From positions 1,504,001-1,568,000 of the forward strand of contig OY762911.1 of the NCBI GenBank assembly GCA_963666565.1: DNA of 64,000 nt, in the 5' to 3' direction. Positions 48,451-57,186 of the stretch are shown here, in pieces. The notes beneath the pieces were generated by a model. It worked only from the letters and a program-made list of their open reading frames with translations. It ran no database searches and had not been told where the DNA came from. Each line of letters starts with the position of its first letter. The first letter of the stretch is position 1. Position numbers and translations under genes: made by a program. Source of the DNA: Thermoanaerobaculia bacterium. Its GTDB lineage: Bacteria; Acidobacteriota; Thermoanaerobaculia; Multivoradales; Multivoraceae.

Positions 48451-48645
48451 ATGCCTTCCATCGGCATCCAAGAGCTGCTCGTCATCTTCGTCATCCTGAT
48501 GGTCATCTTCGGCGGCAGCAAGCTGCCCCTCCTCGGCCGGGGAATGGGCGAAGGCATCCGCAACTTCAAGCGCGGGCTGCGGGGCGGCGACTCCTCGGAG
48601 CTTGAAGAAGAGAACGCGCCTTCCCCGGGCGCCAAGACCGGCTAG
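48451..48645 (+). CDS. tatA: Twin-arginine translocase TatA
   Basis: IGIQELLVI..IFGGSKLP.LGRGMGEGIRNFK; AGGAG RBS. Confidence 0.9.
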   Translation: MPSIGIQELLVIFVILMVIFGGSKLPLLGRGMGEGIRNFKRGLRGGDSSELEEENAPSPGAKTG

Positions 48646-48649
48646 GCAA

Positions 48650-48678
48650 GGTCGCCGCTTCGCGGCGCGTTCTTCTCG
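48650..48678 (-). repeat. Distal hairpin of family B unit
   Basis: Reverse complement reads GAGAAGAACGCGCCGCGAAGCGGCGACC. Confidence 0.7.
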
Positions 48679-48731
48679 GAAGCCGGCGGCGACGCAGGCG
48701 CAACCGGTGCGCGACCGCCGCCACGAACCGC

Positions 48732-48935
48732 CGACAACGTCCAGTCCGCGGCGGGCCTCCGGGGGGAGGGCACCAGCGGGCTGGAGCCAAGCGACGCTCG
48801 GCGCCCTGCCCTCGACCGACGCCGACGTGAAGCGCAGGCGACCGAAGCGAACCCCATCCCCCCATTCACCAAGAGGGGGTGAGCGTCCGCTGGCGCCCTC
48901 CCCCCGGAGGCCCGCCGCGGACGGGTGCTACGCCG
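48732..48935 (-). repeat. Full copy of family A element
   Basis: Arms 48744-48779 and 48887-48922, 36 bp with one mismatch; flanks CGACAACGTCCA and CGGGTGCTAC as in the 7435 copy. Confidence 0.9.
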
Positions 48936-48953
48936 CCGCCGGCGGCGCCGGCG

Positions 48954-49703
48954 CTAACCGCCAGCCAGCACGGCGAAGTCGAGTCCGCCGGGGTTGACGG
49001 CGGCCCAGGCCTCGCGGTGGTGCTCGATGTAGACGCGGAGCACGCCGTTCGTGAATCCTCGCGTCTCGCGGAAGGGCGGCAGGCCGCCGAAGCGGTCGAC
49101 GGCGCCGGGGCCGGCGTTGTAGCCCGCGAGCGCCAGGACGAGGTCGTTGTCGAAGCGGCGCAGGAGGTAGGCGAGGTAGCTCGCGCCCGCGTCGAGGTTC
49201 TGGCTCGGGTCGTTCGCGTCGGCCACCCCCAACTGTTCGGCGGTCGTGGGCATCATCTGCATCAGGCCCAGGGCGCCCTTGGGCGATACGGCCTCCGTGT
49301 CGAACGAGGACTCGGCCTGGACGATGGCCGCCACCAGCAGCGGGTCGACGCCATGGCGCGAGGCGGCGCCGAGCATCAGGCCGCCGTACGGCACGCGCTG
49401 CATGCGGTCGCGCACGGCGTTCTCGTCGGCGGCGCCGACGAAGAGGTCGAAGCTCTCTCGGTGCAGCCGGATGCAGTCGTACAGCGGGTGGCCCGCCGGG
49501 GGTGCCAAGGACGCTTGCGTCGGCGGTTCGAGCCATGCCTGAATCTGCTCGAAGAGAGCGACGGCTTCCAGCGGGGGCGACGCGGGGAGCGGTTCGGCGT
49601 GCCGTCCTGTCGCGGTTTCGCGGGGCGCGGCGGCCAGAATGGCGGTCGCCGCCACGGCGATCGCGAGGGTTCGGTTGCGGAGGCTGGGTTTCTGGGCGGT
49701 CAT
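48954..49703 (-). CDS. Lytic transglycosylase (SLT domain), exported
   Basis: AIVQAESSF, SPKGALGLMQMMP, ALAGYNAGPG, ETRGF. Confidence 0.9.
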   Translation of the reverse strand: MTAQKPSLRNRTLAIAVAATAILAAAPRETATGRHAEPLPASPPLEAVALFEQIQAWLEPPTQASLAPPAGHPLYDCIRLHRESFDLFVGAADENAVRDRMQRVPYGGLMLGAASRHGVDPLLVAAIVQAESSFDTEAVSPKGALGLMQMMPTTAEQLGVADANDPSQNLDAGASYLAYLLRRFDNDLVLALAGYNAGPGAVDRFGGLPPFRETRGFTNGVLRVYIEHHREAWAAVNPGGLDFAVLAGG

Positions 49704-49873
49704 CGGGGTGTCTGTATGGCGAAGTTCGGGCGGCGCCTGACCGGGACGCCGCCCGAACTACGTTCGGCGGCGTCCGCGTCGCCGCGGAGTCGTGGGCGGA
49801 TGAGGGCGTTGTCTGGCGACGGCGTGGCGTTCGGCGCAGGAGGGGAACGTCCGCATGGTCCGACTGTCGCTAG

Positions 49874-49889
49874 AGCAAAGCGTGTGCCA
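49874..49889 (-). promoter_or_regulatory. Sigma54 (-24/-12) promoter upstream of the lytic transglycosylase
   Basis: Minus strand TGGCACACGCTTTGCT = GG-N10-GC consensus. Confidence 0.7.
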
Positions 49890-49952
49890 GATCTGTCGTG
49901 ATGCGGTGCGTGTCGGCCCGTGTCCTGGCCGCCTGCGGCGGCGGCAGACGGG

Positions 49953-50246
49953 TTATCCGGACTGGATCCTCTTGCCGGGGCCGCGGTAGTCGGCGGCCTG
50001 TATCTGAAGCGTCGAGACCTTGTTCCGCAGCGTGTTGCGGTGGAGTCCCAGGCGGCTTGCCGAGTTGGTGATGTTGCCGTCGTTGAGTCGTAGGGAAGCG
50101 ACGATGAACTGCCGCTCGAAGATCCCGCGGGCCTGAGCCAGGGTGACGCCCTGGGAAGCCAACTGGGTTACGAGGCGGTCGAGTTGGCCGTTGAGGTCCT
50201 TCTTCGCGTCCGCCGGAAGGCGGTCATCTGGGCTTGGAGGCTTCAA
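49953..50246 (-). CDS. Stand-alone Fis-type HTH protein
   Basis: FERQFIVASL..GNITNSASRLGLHRNTLRNK. Confidence 0.85.
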   Translation of the reverse strand: MKPPSPDDRLPADAKKDLNGQLDRLVTQLASQGVTLAQARGIFERQFIVASLRLNDGNITNSASRLGLHRNTLRNKVSTLQIQAADYRGPGKRIQSG

Positions 50247-50327
50247 GGCGAACCCGGTGCCGAAGCGAAGATGTTAGCACGGGATTCCGGGCTTTGCGGC
50301 CCGATCTCGGTGCCATCCGGGATCGCA

Positions 50328-50394
50328 GCCGCCGCTTCGCGGCGCGTGTTCCCGGCCGCCTGCGGCGGCAGCGGGTCGGAAGACCCGCGCACCC
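50328..50394 (-). repeat. Extended family B REP-like unit
   Basis: Minus strand GGGTGCGCGGGTCTTCCGACCCGC-TGCCGCCGCAGGCGGC-..GCGCCGCGAAGCGGCG, after the cpoB stop. Confidence 0.85.
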
Positions 50395-50412
50395 GGCGGC
50401 TGGCGCAAGACG

Positions 50413-51315
50413 CTACCTGTCGTCCGGCGCCGCGAGCGCCTCGGCGGCCAGGCGGGCCGCTTCGGAGTTCGGAAACCGCCTCGCGACCTCCCGGAACCTG
50501 CGCCGGGCGCCCTCCGCGTCGCCCAGCCGTTCGAGCGACCGGCCCACCTTCAGCAGCGCGTCGGGAACCTTGTTGCCGAGCGGGAAATCGTGGAGCAGTT
50601 GCTGGAACGCGGCCAGCGCGCCGCGGTTGTCTTCGCGGGCGAACCGGCACTCGCCGATCCAGTAGAGCGCATTGTCGGACAGGTCCGTGCCGGAGAAGGC
50701 GGCGAGGTAGCGCTGGAAGCCGAGTTCGGCCTCCACGTAGTCGTGCTGCATGTACGCCTGAAGCGCCCGGTCGTACAGTTCGTTGCCGGTCGCTTCCGCG
50801 GCGGCCGCGGGGGCCGCCTCGGGCGCCGGCGCGGTCTCGTCCGTCGCCGCAGCAGCCTCGGCCGCCGACGCGGCCTCTGTCGGTGCGGGCGCCGCCGGCT
50901 CGTCCTCGTCCGGCCGCGCGGCGGGCGCCGCCACGGCCTCGTCCGGCGGCCGTTCCTCGTCGCCGTCGAGTTCGCTCACCTCGACCACCTGCACCCTGGG
51001 CGGCGGCGGCGGCTCGAACGGGACGGGCTGCGGAGGCGCCTCGGCGACGGCGCGGACCTCTTCCAGGGCCGCTTCCAGCTCGGCGATCCGCTCCCGGAGC
51101 AGGGAGTTCTCGGCGTCGCCCTCGGCGGCCTCCGCCTCGAGCCGCTTCACCCGCTCTTCGAGCAGCGCGAGGTCGGAGCGGACGCCTTCGTTCGGCGTCG
51201 CGATGCGGTCGATGAAGTCCCGCGGCGTCTCGGTCGACGCGCAGCCGAAGCTCAGGCCGGCGAGTGCCAGGGCCGCGAGCGCCAGCGCCGCCTCAGTTGT
51301 CGGGGCCGCCTTCAC
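50413..51315 (-). CDS. cpoB: CpoB/YbgF-like lipoprotein (coiled coil + TPR)
   Basis: Lipobox SFGC, LSDNALYWIGE, KVPDALLKVG, RFPNSEAA. Confidence 0.85.
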   Translation of the reverse strand: MKAAPTTEAALALAALALAGLSFGCASTETPRDFIDRIATPNEGVRSDLALLEERVKRLEAEAAEGDAENSLLRERIAELEAALEEVRAVAEAPPQPVPFEPPPPPRVQVVEVSELDGDEERPPDEAVAAPAARPDEDEPAAPAPTEAASAAEAAAATDETAPAPEAAPAAAAEATGNELYDRALQAYMQHDYVEAELGFQRYLAAFSGTDLSDNALYWIGECRFAREDNRGALAAFQQLLHDFPLGNKVPDALLKVGRSLERLGDAEGARRRFREVARRFPNSEAARLAAEALAAPDDR

Positions 51316-52237
51316 GGGGAGGGCCGTCTCGCCGGGCCGCGTCCGGTCGCAGCGGAGTGGGGGGGACCTTGGCCCGGAGCTTCCGGAGCTGCTCCTCGGA
51401 CGGCGCCTTCTTGAGCCAGGCGCTGCCCGGAAACCCGTTCCGCAGCCGGTCGCAGGCTTCCTTCAGGTACTCGTAGCGCTCGAGTCCCATCTCGCTCGGA
51501 ATCTGAAGGAGGACCATGCGGTAAGTGAGGCACATGTGGGCGAGGATCTTGTCGGGTTCCGGGTAGTCCGGGTACTCCTCGAGCATGATGCGGAACCGGT
51601 TGCCGGCCGCAGTCGGCGTGCGGAAGCGGTAGTAGAAGGACCCGACGACGAACTCGTGCTCGGCGAGGTGGTTCCGGACCTCCACGATCCGTTGCGCCGC
51701 CTGCGCTGCGAACTGGCTGGTCGGGTAGAGCCGCCGGACGTTCTCGAACTCGGTCAGCGCCTGCCGGGTCGTCTGCTGATCGCGGTCCGGCTTCTCCATG
51801 CGCTCGGCGAGGGCGCCGGCGAGGCGGAACTGCGCGTAGGCCGCCTGGTCCGAGGTCGGGAAGCGGTTCAGGAAGTCCCGGTAGCGCTGCTCCGCTTCGA
51901 CGTAGGACTGGTAGCCGCCGCGTTGGTAGAGGGCGTCGGCGGCCAGCAGCAGCCCTTCGCGGCCGGTCTCCGAGTTCGGCTCGACCTCAAAGGCGTGGAC
52001 GAGGTGCTCGCGCGCCTGGTTGAACTTCTCGTCCTCCAGCAGTTGCTTGCCGATCTCGAGGGCCTCGGCCGACGAGAGCCGCAGGATCGGATCGTCCCTG
52101 ACGCCTCCGCACGCGGCGGTCAGGCCCAGCGCCGCCGCCAGGACGACCGGCCATCGGATCGCCCGACGACGGCCGATCCGGCCGGGACGCCGGCGGCGGG
52201 CATCCGCGCCGCCGGGGTTCGCGCGGGGGCGGCTCAT
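51293..52237 (-). CDS. bamD: Outer membrane protein assembly factor BamD
   Basis: Lipobox TAAC, YRDFLNRFPTS, DRDQ..T..A, LAEHEFVVGSFY. Confidence 0.9.
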   Translation of the reverse strand: MSRPRANPGGADARRRRPGRIGRRRAIRWPVVLAAALGLTAACGGVRDDPILRLSSAEALEIGKQLLEDEKFNQAREHLVHAFEVEPNSETGREGLLLAADALYQRGGYQSYVEAEQRYRDFLNRFPTSDQAAYAQFRLAGALAERMEKPDRDQQTTRQALTEFENVRRLYPTSQFAAQAAQRIVEVRNHLAEHEFVVGSFYYRFRTPTAAGNRFRIMLEEYPDYPEPDKILAHMCLTYRMVLLQIPSEMGLERYEYLKEACDRLRNGFPGSAWLKKAPSEEQLRKLRAKVPPTPLRPDAARRDGPPREGGPDN

Positions 52238-52887
52238 TCGCCCGCCTGACGCCGCAGGGCGGCCAGTGTCTCGACCGGGCGCTCGGCCGCGAAGACGCCG
52301 GAACCCACGACCGCGACGTCTACTCCGGCGGCCGCCACCTCGTCCAGGTTGCCGGGCTTGATGCCGCCGTCCATCTCGATGCTCACCTGCAATCCGCGTT
52401 CCTCGACCAGGGCGCGCAGGCGCCGCGCCTTCTCCAGCACTTCGGGGTGGAACGCCTGGCCGGCGAAACCGGGCACGACCGACATCAGCACGACGAAGTC
52501 CAGGTCGTCCAGGTAGGGCAGGAGCTCGTCCAGCGGCGTCGCCGGGTTGATCGCCACGCCGGCGGCTGCGCCGCGCTCGCGAATGCGCGCGGCCAGCCGG
52601 TCCGGCGCCGGGGTCGCCTCGTGGTGGATGGAGACCCACGCCGGCTCGCTGTCCAGGTACCGGTCCAGGAGCGCCTCGGGGTTCGAGACCATCAGGTGGA
52701 TGTCCAAGCCGATGCGCGTCCGCTTCGCCAGATCGGCGATGAGCGGCGGACCGAAGGTCAGGTTGGGGACGAAGTGGCCGTCCATCACGTCGACGTGGAT
52801 CAACCGGGCGCCGCCGTCCTCGCACAGCCTGACGGCGGATGCGAGGTCGGCGAGGTCCGCCGCCAGGATCGAAGGCGCGATCTTCAT
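52234..52887 (-). CDS. rpe: Ribulose-phosphate 3-epimerase
   Basis: IAPSIL, HVDVMDGHFVPNLTFG, HLMV, MSV.PGFAGQ, DGGI. Confidence 0.97.
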   Translation of the reverse strand: MKIAPSILAADLADLASAVRLCEDGGARLIHVDVMDGHFVPNLTFGPPLIADLAKRTRIGLDIHLMVSNPEALLDRYLDSEPAWVSIHHEATPAPDRLAARIRERGAAAGVAINPATPLDELLPYLDDLDFVVLMSVVPGFAGQAFHPEVLEKARRLRALVEERGLQVSIEMDGGIKPGNLDEVAAAGVDVAVVGSGVFAAERPVETLAALRRQAGE

Positions 52888-52938
52888 CGTTCGGGTTCTT
52901 GCGGCGAACGTGCTTGCGGGCGGACGGGGCGGGCGGGT

Positions 52939-53715
52939 TCAGCGACTGTCTGGCGCGGCTACCACGAGGGCGATCGAATCGCTCTGCCGCAGGGGATGGC
53001 CCGGAAGGGGGTATTGACGCAGGACGATCCCGGCGGGGACGCCTTCGTAGGGTTCGTACTTTATCCTTCCGAGCCGGAATCCGCGCGTCTCGAAGAAGTC
53101 CCGGACCGGCGCTTCGGGCAGGTCGATCAGGTCGGGCATGACGAAGGTCGCTCCGGGGTTGGCGAGGCTGACCATCAGGTCCACCTGGGACGAAGGGTCG
53201 ATCCGGCTGCCGGCCGGAGGATCCTGGCCGACGACGGTTCCCGGCTGTCCCGACTCGGCGAACACGCTCCGGCTCCTGCCCATCCGCAGGCCGGAGGCGG
53301 TGAGGCTCACCTGGGCCGTCTGCAGGACCTGGCCGGTCAGGTCCGGCGTCTCGACCAGCTCCCGGCCCCGCGACAGGTAGATGACGACGCCGCTGTTCTC
53401 CTTCACCGCGCTGCCGGCCGGGGGGTCCTGCCGGAGCACGAGGCCGGCCGGGACCGCCTCGTCGTGGCGGTCCTCCTCCACCCGCTGCAGCGTCAGGCCG
53501 GCGGCGGCGAGTCCGGCTTCGGCCTGGCCGCGGTCGAGACCCACCAGATCGGGCGCCGCGACGACGCCGCTGCGGACGAAGTTCGAGAGGGCCACGTAGG
53601 ACGAGGCGCCGAGCAGGGCCACGAGCAGGCCCGCATAGGCCGCGACCAAGGCACTCCGCTTCAGCCAGCGTTGGCGCGCGGCTCTGCGGATCCCCTCCAG
53701 GAGCTTGCCGGACAT
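52939..53715 (-). CDS. Membrane-anchored triple PASTA-domain protein
   Basis: PDLVG..QDPPAG, PDLTG..QDPPAG, MPDLI..QYPLPG. Confidence 0.9.
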   Translation of the reverse strand: MSGKLLEGIRRAARQRWLKRSALVAAYAGLLVALLGASSYVALSNFVRSGVVAAPDLVGLDRGQAEAGLAAAGLTLQRVEEDRHDEAVPAGLVLRQDPPAGSAVKENSGVVIYLSRGRELVETPDLTGQVLQTAQVSLTASGLRMGRSRSVFAESGQPGTVVGQDPPAGSRIDPSSQVDLMVSLANPGATFVMPDLIDLPEAPVRDFFETRGFRLGRIKYEPYEGVPAGIVLRQYPLPGHPLRQSDSIALVVAAPDSR

Positions 53716-53730
53716 CGCGGTCGACTCGCC

Positions 53731-55041
53731 TCAGCGCCCGAGCGCGGGCAGGTTCTTCACCAGGTCGGAGTAGAGCGCGAACATCATGATCGCGAGCACC
53801 ACCGCCAGGCCGAACTGGGTCACCAGGTTCTTGATCCGGATCGAGAGGTCCCGGCGCAGAACGCTCTCGAACAGCAGGATGACGAGTTGGCCGCCGTCGA
53901 GCAACGGGATCGGCAGCAGGTTCAGGATGCAGATGTTCAGGCTGATCAGGGCGATCAGGAAGACGAGATCGCTGAAGCTCCTGCGAGCCGCCTGACCGCT
54001 GATCCGGCCGATCTCGATCGGTCCGGCCAGGGCGCTCTGCGGCGAGACCCGCCGCTCCATCATGCCGCCCAGGAAGCCGAAGATCTCCTCCGTCGTCTCC
54101 CAGTTGATGCGCGCGCTCTCGGCGACCGCGGCGACCGGGCCGACGCGCCGGTAGGAGAAGTGGCTGATCGCGATGCCGGCGCGGCCGACCCCGCCTTCCC
54201 TCTCCGGAACGAGCCGCACGAGCATGCGTTCCTCGCCGCGGCCGATCTCGATGCTCACTTCCTCGCCCGCCCGCGGCTCGACGAGCTGCCGGAAGTCGGC
54301 CGCGTCGGAGATCGGGTGGCCGTCGACGGCGTAGAGCGTGTCTCCGTACCGCAGGCCGACCTGCTCGGCCGGGGTGTCCTCGAACACCTGGCGAATCCGT
54401 GGCAGGAGGCTGGCGTAGAGCCCGGCGTCGCCCAGCTCGTAGCGCGGCATCCTGCGCGGGACGAGCACGGTGTTCAGAGCCTCTCCGTCGCGCTCGAAGT
54501 CGACGTCGAGGGCGCGTTCCGGCGACATCAGGACGGCGTTCGAGACGGCGCGCCAGTCGGGCATCTCCTCGCCGTCCAGGCTCAGGATGACGTCGCCCGG
54601 CATCAGCCCGGCCTCGGCCGCGGCGGACTCCGGTTCGACGCCTCCGATCTCGGTGCCGAGATCCCGCGGCCCGGCAAGTTCCGTGCCGGTCATCAGCACC
54701 GCGGCGATCAGCGCGATCGAGAGCACGACGTTGGCCGCCGGACCTGCCAGGAGCACGATCGTCCGCTGCCAGCGCGGCCTGGCGGTGAAGTCGCCGGCGT
54801 CGCCGGTGGGGTTGGCGGCGTCGACTTCCGAGAACGCGACGTAGCCGCCAAGGGGGATGATGGCCAGCCGGTACTCCGTGTCGCCGCGCTGGAAGCCCCA
54901 GATGCGGGAACCGATGCCGATGGAGAAGACCCGAACCCGGATCCGGAGCAGCCGGGCAGCCAGGAAGTGGCCCAGCTCGTGAATGAAGATGACGACTCCG
55001 ACCACGACCAGGAAGGCCAGCGTGTTGCTGAGGAAAGTCAT
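53731..55041 (-). CDS. rseP: RIP metalloprotease RseP
   Basis: HELGH, IPLGGYV, AGPAAN, two PDZ domains, NLLPIPLLDGG. Confidence 0.95.
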   Translation of the reverse strand: MTFLSNTLAFLVVVGVVIFIHELGHFLAARLLRIRVRVFSIGIGSRIWGFQRGDTEYRLAIIPLGGYVAFSEVDAANPTGDAGDFTARPRWQRTIVLLAGPAANVVLSIALIAAVLMTGTELAGPRDLGTEIGGVEPESAAAEAGLMPGDVILSLDGEEMPDWRAVSNAVLMSPERALDVDFERDGEALNTVLVPRRMPRYELGDAGLYASLLPRIRQVFEDTPAEQVGLRYGDTLYAVDGHPISDAADFRQLVEPRAGEEVSIEIGRGEERMLVRLVPEREGGVGRAGIAISHFSYRRVGPVAAVAESARINWETTEEIFGFLGGMMERRVSPQSALAGPIEIGRISGQAARRSFSDLVFLIALISLNICILNLLPIPLLDGGQLVILLFESVLRRDLSIRIKNLVTQFGLAVVLAIMMFALYSDLVKNLPALGR

Positions 55042-55144
55042 CGTGCGAAGTGGCCGCTGAGAGGGCGTGGCAAACCGGGTGCGCTGGCGTCCCCGCCGGC
55101 TTCCGGCGCGAAGCGCCGGCTTCCGGATCCGCCGCTTGGCGACT

Positions 55145-56341
55145 CTAACCGCCGAATCGCTCCAGGACTTCCCGCGCCCGCCGCCGGCCCCACGAATCCC
55201 ACTCCAGCGCTTCGTCGATCGTCGCCGGCTCCGAACCGCCGGCCTCCCGGCCGTGACGCTCCAGCACCTCCGCCGCCGCCGGCACGATGGCGGTGAAGGG
55301 CGCCTCGCCGCCCAGGAAGGCCGCCACCGCCGTCTCGTTCGCCGCGTTGAGCGCCGCCGGCCCGCCCCGGCCCCGGGCGAGCGCTTCGCGCGCCAGGGAC
55401 GGCGCCGGGAAGACCTCCGGGTCGACTCCGCGGAAGTCCAGCGCGGAGCTCGCCTCCAGCAGTGCGCTCAGTCCATTCGCGCGCCCGTCGTGTCGCCGCG
55501 GCCAGCGTTCGGGGTAGGACAGCGCGTACTGGATCGGGTACTCCATGTCGTTGGCCGAGATCTGGGCGATCGAGTTGCCGTCGCGGAACTCGACGATCGA
55601 GTGAACCAGGGACTGCGGGTGGATCAGGATGTCGATGCGCGGTCCCGGAACGTCGAACAGGTAGCTGGCCTCGATCAGTTCCAGCCCCTTGTTCATCAGG
55701 GTCGCGGAGTCGACGCTGATCTTGGCCCCCATGGCCCACGTCGGATGTGCGGTCGCTTCGGCCGGCGTCACCGAGTCCAAGGTGGCGGGATCGCGGTCCA
55801 GGAACGGGCCGCCGGAGGCGGTCAGCACCAGGCGGCGGACCTCCCCGGGGCGTCCCGCGCGCAGCGCCTGGTGGATCGCGGCGTGCTCGCTGTCGACCGG
55901 CAGGAGCCGGGCGCCGGAGGCGGTCGCCAGCCGGCGCAGCAGCGGGCCGGCGGCGACCATCGCCTCCTTGTTGGCGAGGGCCAGATCGGCGCCGGCGGCG
56001 AGGGCGGCCGCGGCGGGCCGGAGGCCGGCGGCGCCGACGATCGCGGTCAGTACCAGGTCGATCCGGCCTTCGCCGACGGCGTCGACCAGCGCCGCTTCGC
56101 CCCAGGCGAGGGCGGCGCCCGGCGGCAGATCGCTCCGCACGCGCCCGGCCGCCTCCTCGGTTTCGACCACGACCCGGCGCGGCCGGAACTCCCGCGCCAG
56201 CTCCGCCAGCCGCGCCGGCTTCGTGCCCCTCGCGGCGAGCACGGCGACGTCCAGCTTCTCGGGGTGCTGCCGGGCCACGGCCAGCGCGGCCTCGCCGACC
56301 GAGCCGGTGGCGCCGAGCACGGCCAGATTGCGCGCGCTCAC
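55145..56341 (-). CDS. dxr: 1-deoxy-D-xylulose-5-phosphate reductoisomerase
   Basis: LGATGSVG, LANKE, PVDSEH, LTASGGPF, HPTWAMGAKISVDSATLMNKGLELIEA, NAANE. Confidence 0.97.
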   Translation of the reverse strand: MSARNLAVLGATGSVGEAALAVARQHPEKLDVAVLAARGTKPARLAELAREFRPRRVVVETEEAAGRVRSDLPPGAALAWGEAALVDAVGEGRIDLVLTAIVGAAGLRPAAAALAAGADLALANKEAMVAAGPLLRRLATASGARLLPVDSEHAAIHQALRAGRPGEVRRLVLTASGGPFLDRDPATLDSVTPAEATAHPTWAMGAKISVDSATLMNKGLELIEASYLFDVPGPRIDILIHPQSLVHSIVEFRDGNSIAQISANDMEYPIQYALSYPERWPRRHDGRANGLSALLEASSALDFRGVDPEVFPAPSLAREALARGRGGPAALNAANETAVAAFLGGEAPFTAIVPAAAEVLERHGREAGGSEPATIDEALEWDSWGRRRAREVLERFGG

Positions 56342-57186
56342 GGCAGGAGCGAAGGCGCCGCGCCGGCCTGGACGGCGACGTAGAACACGGGCGCCGCCAG
56401 CAGCACGCTGTCGAGCCGGTCCAGCAGCCCGCCGTGGCCGGGCAGAAGGCCTCCCGTGTCCTTGACCTCCACGGCGCGCTTGAGCAGGGAGGCGACGAGA
56501 TCGCCCACCTGGGCCACGGCGCCGCAGAGCAGAGCCATGGCGGGGATGTCGATGCCGAGCGAGTCGGGCCCGCGCCAGACCAGGAACACGGCGACGCCGG
56601 CCGCGACGCTGGCGAGCAGACCGCTCACCGCGCCGCCGACCGTCTTCTTCGGGCTGAGCACGGGCGCCAGCGGCCGGCGTCCGAGCCGGCGGCCGCCGTA
56701 GTACGCGCCGACATCGCCCAGGGAGGCGACCGCGAGGATCCAGAACAGGAGCGCCGGCGAGCCGGCGTGCAGGTCGATCGCGGCGACGAGGAACAGGCCG
56801 AGCCACAGGACGCCGAACGCGAACAGCGACGAGGTCAGGAGCCGGTCGCGGACATTGGCGCGGTTGCCGAGACCGACGGCCAGCGCCAGGGCGAGGACGA
56901 GGGCCGCCACGGCGAACCAGACGCCGGCGCGGGTCGGACCCGCCGGCAGGGGCAGGTCGATCAGCCCGTTCCCGTTCGCGCAGGCGGCGGCCACCGCGCC
57001 GATGGCCAGCCACAGCGCCCAGGCGAGGGCGCGCGAGCCGACGATTCGCCGCACCAGGGCGCCGTACTCGGCCGCCGCCAGGACCATCGTTGCGGTGGCG
57101 GCCGCCACGAAGTAGACGGGTTCGAGGTAGAGGACGATGGCTGCCGCCAGCGCCGCGGTCACGACACCGGTGACGATGCGCTTCAT
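56338..57186 (-). CDS. cdsA: Phosphatidate cytidylyltransferase
   Basis: SPKKTV.G, GDLVASLLKR..VKDTG.LLPGHGGLLDRLDS. Confidence 0.95.
   Translation of the reverse strand: MKRIVTGVVTAALAAAIVLYLEPVYFVAAATATMVLAAAEYGALVRRIVGSRALAWALWLAIGAVAAACANGNGLIDLPLPAGPTRAGVWFAVAALVLALALAVGLGNRANVRDRLLTSSLFAFGVLWLGLFLVAAIDLHAGSPALLFWILAVASLGDVGAYYGGRRLGRRPLAPVLSPKKTVGGAVSGLLASVAAGVAVFLVWRGPDSLGIDIPAMALLCGAVAQVGDLVASLLKRAVEVKDTGGLLPGHGGLLDRLDSVLLAAPVFYVAVQAGAAPSLLP

Noticed and set aside
3817-50394. Repeats as a CRISPR array
   Set aside because: Copies are dispersed kilobases apart, with no regular spacers and no cas genes
55094-55130. GCCGGCTTCCGG direct repeat / hairpin between dxr and rseP
   Set aside because: Single short GC-rich instance; not enough to call a regulatory element
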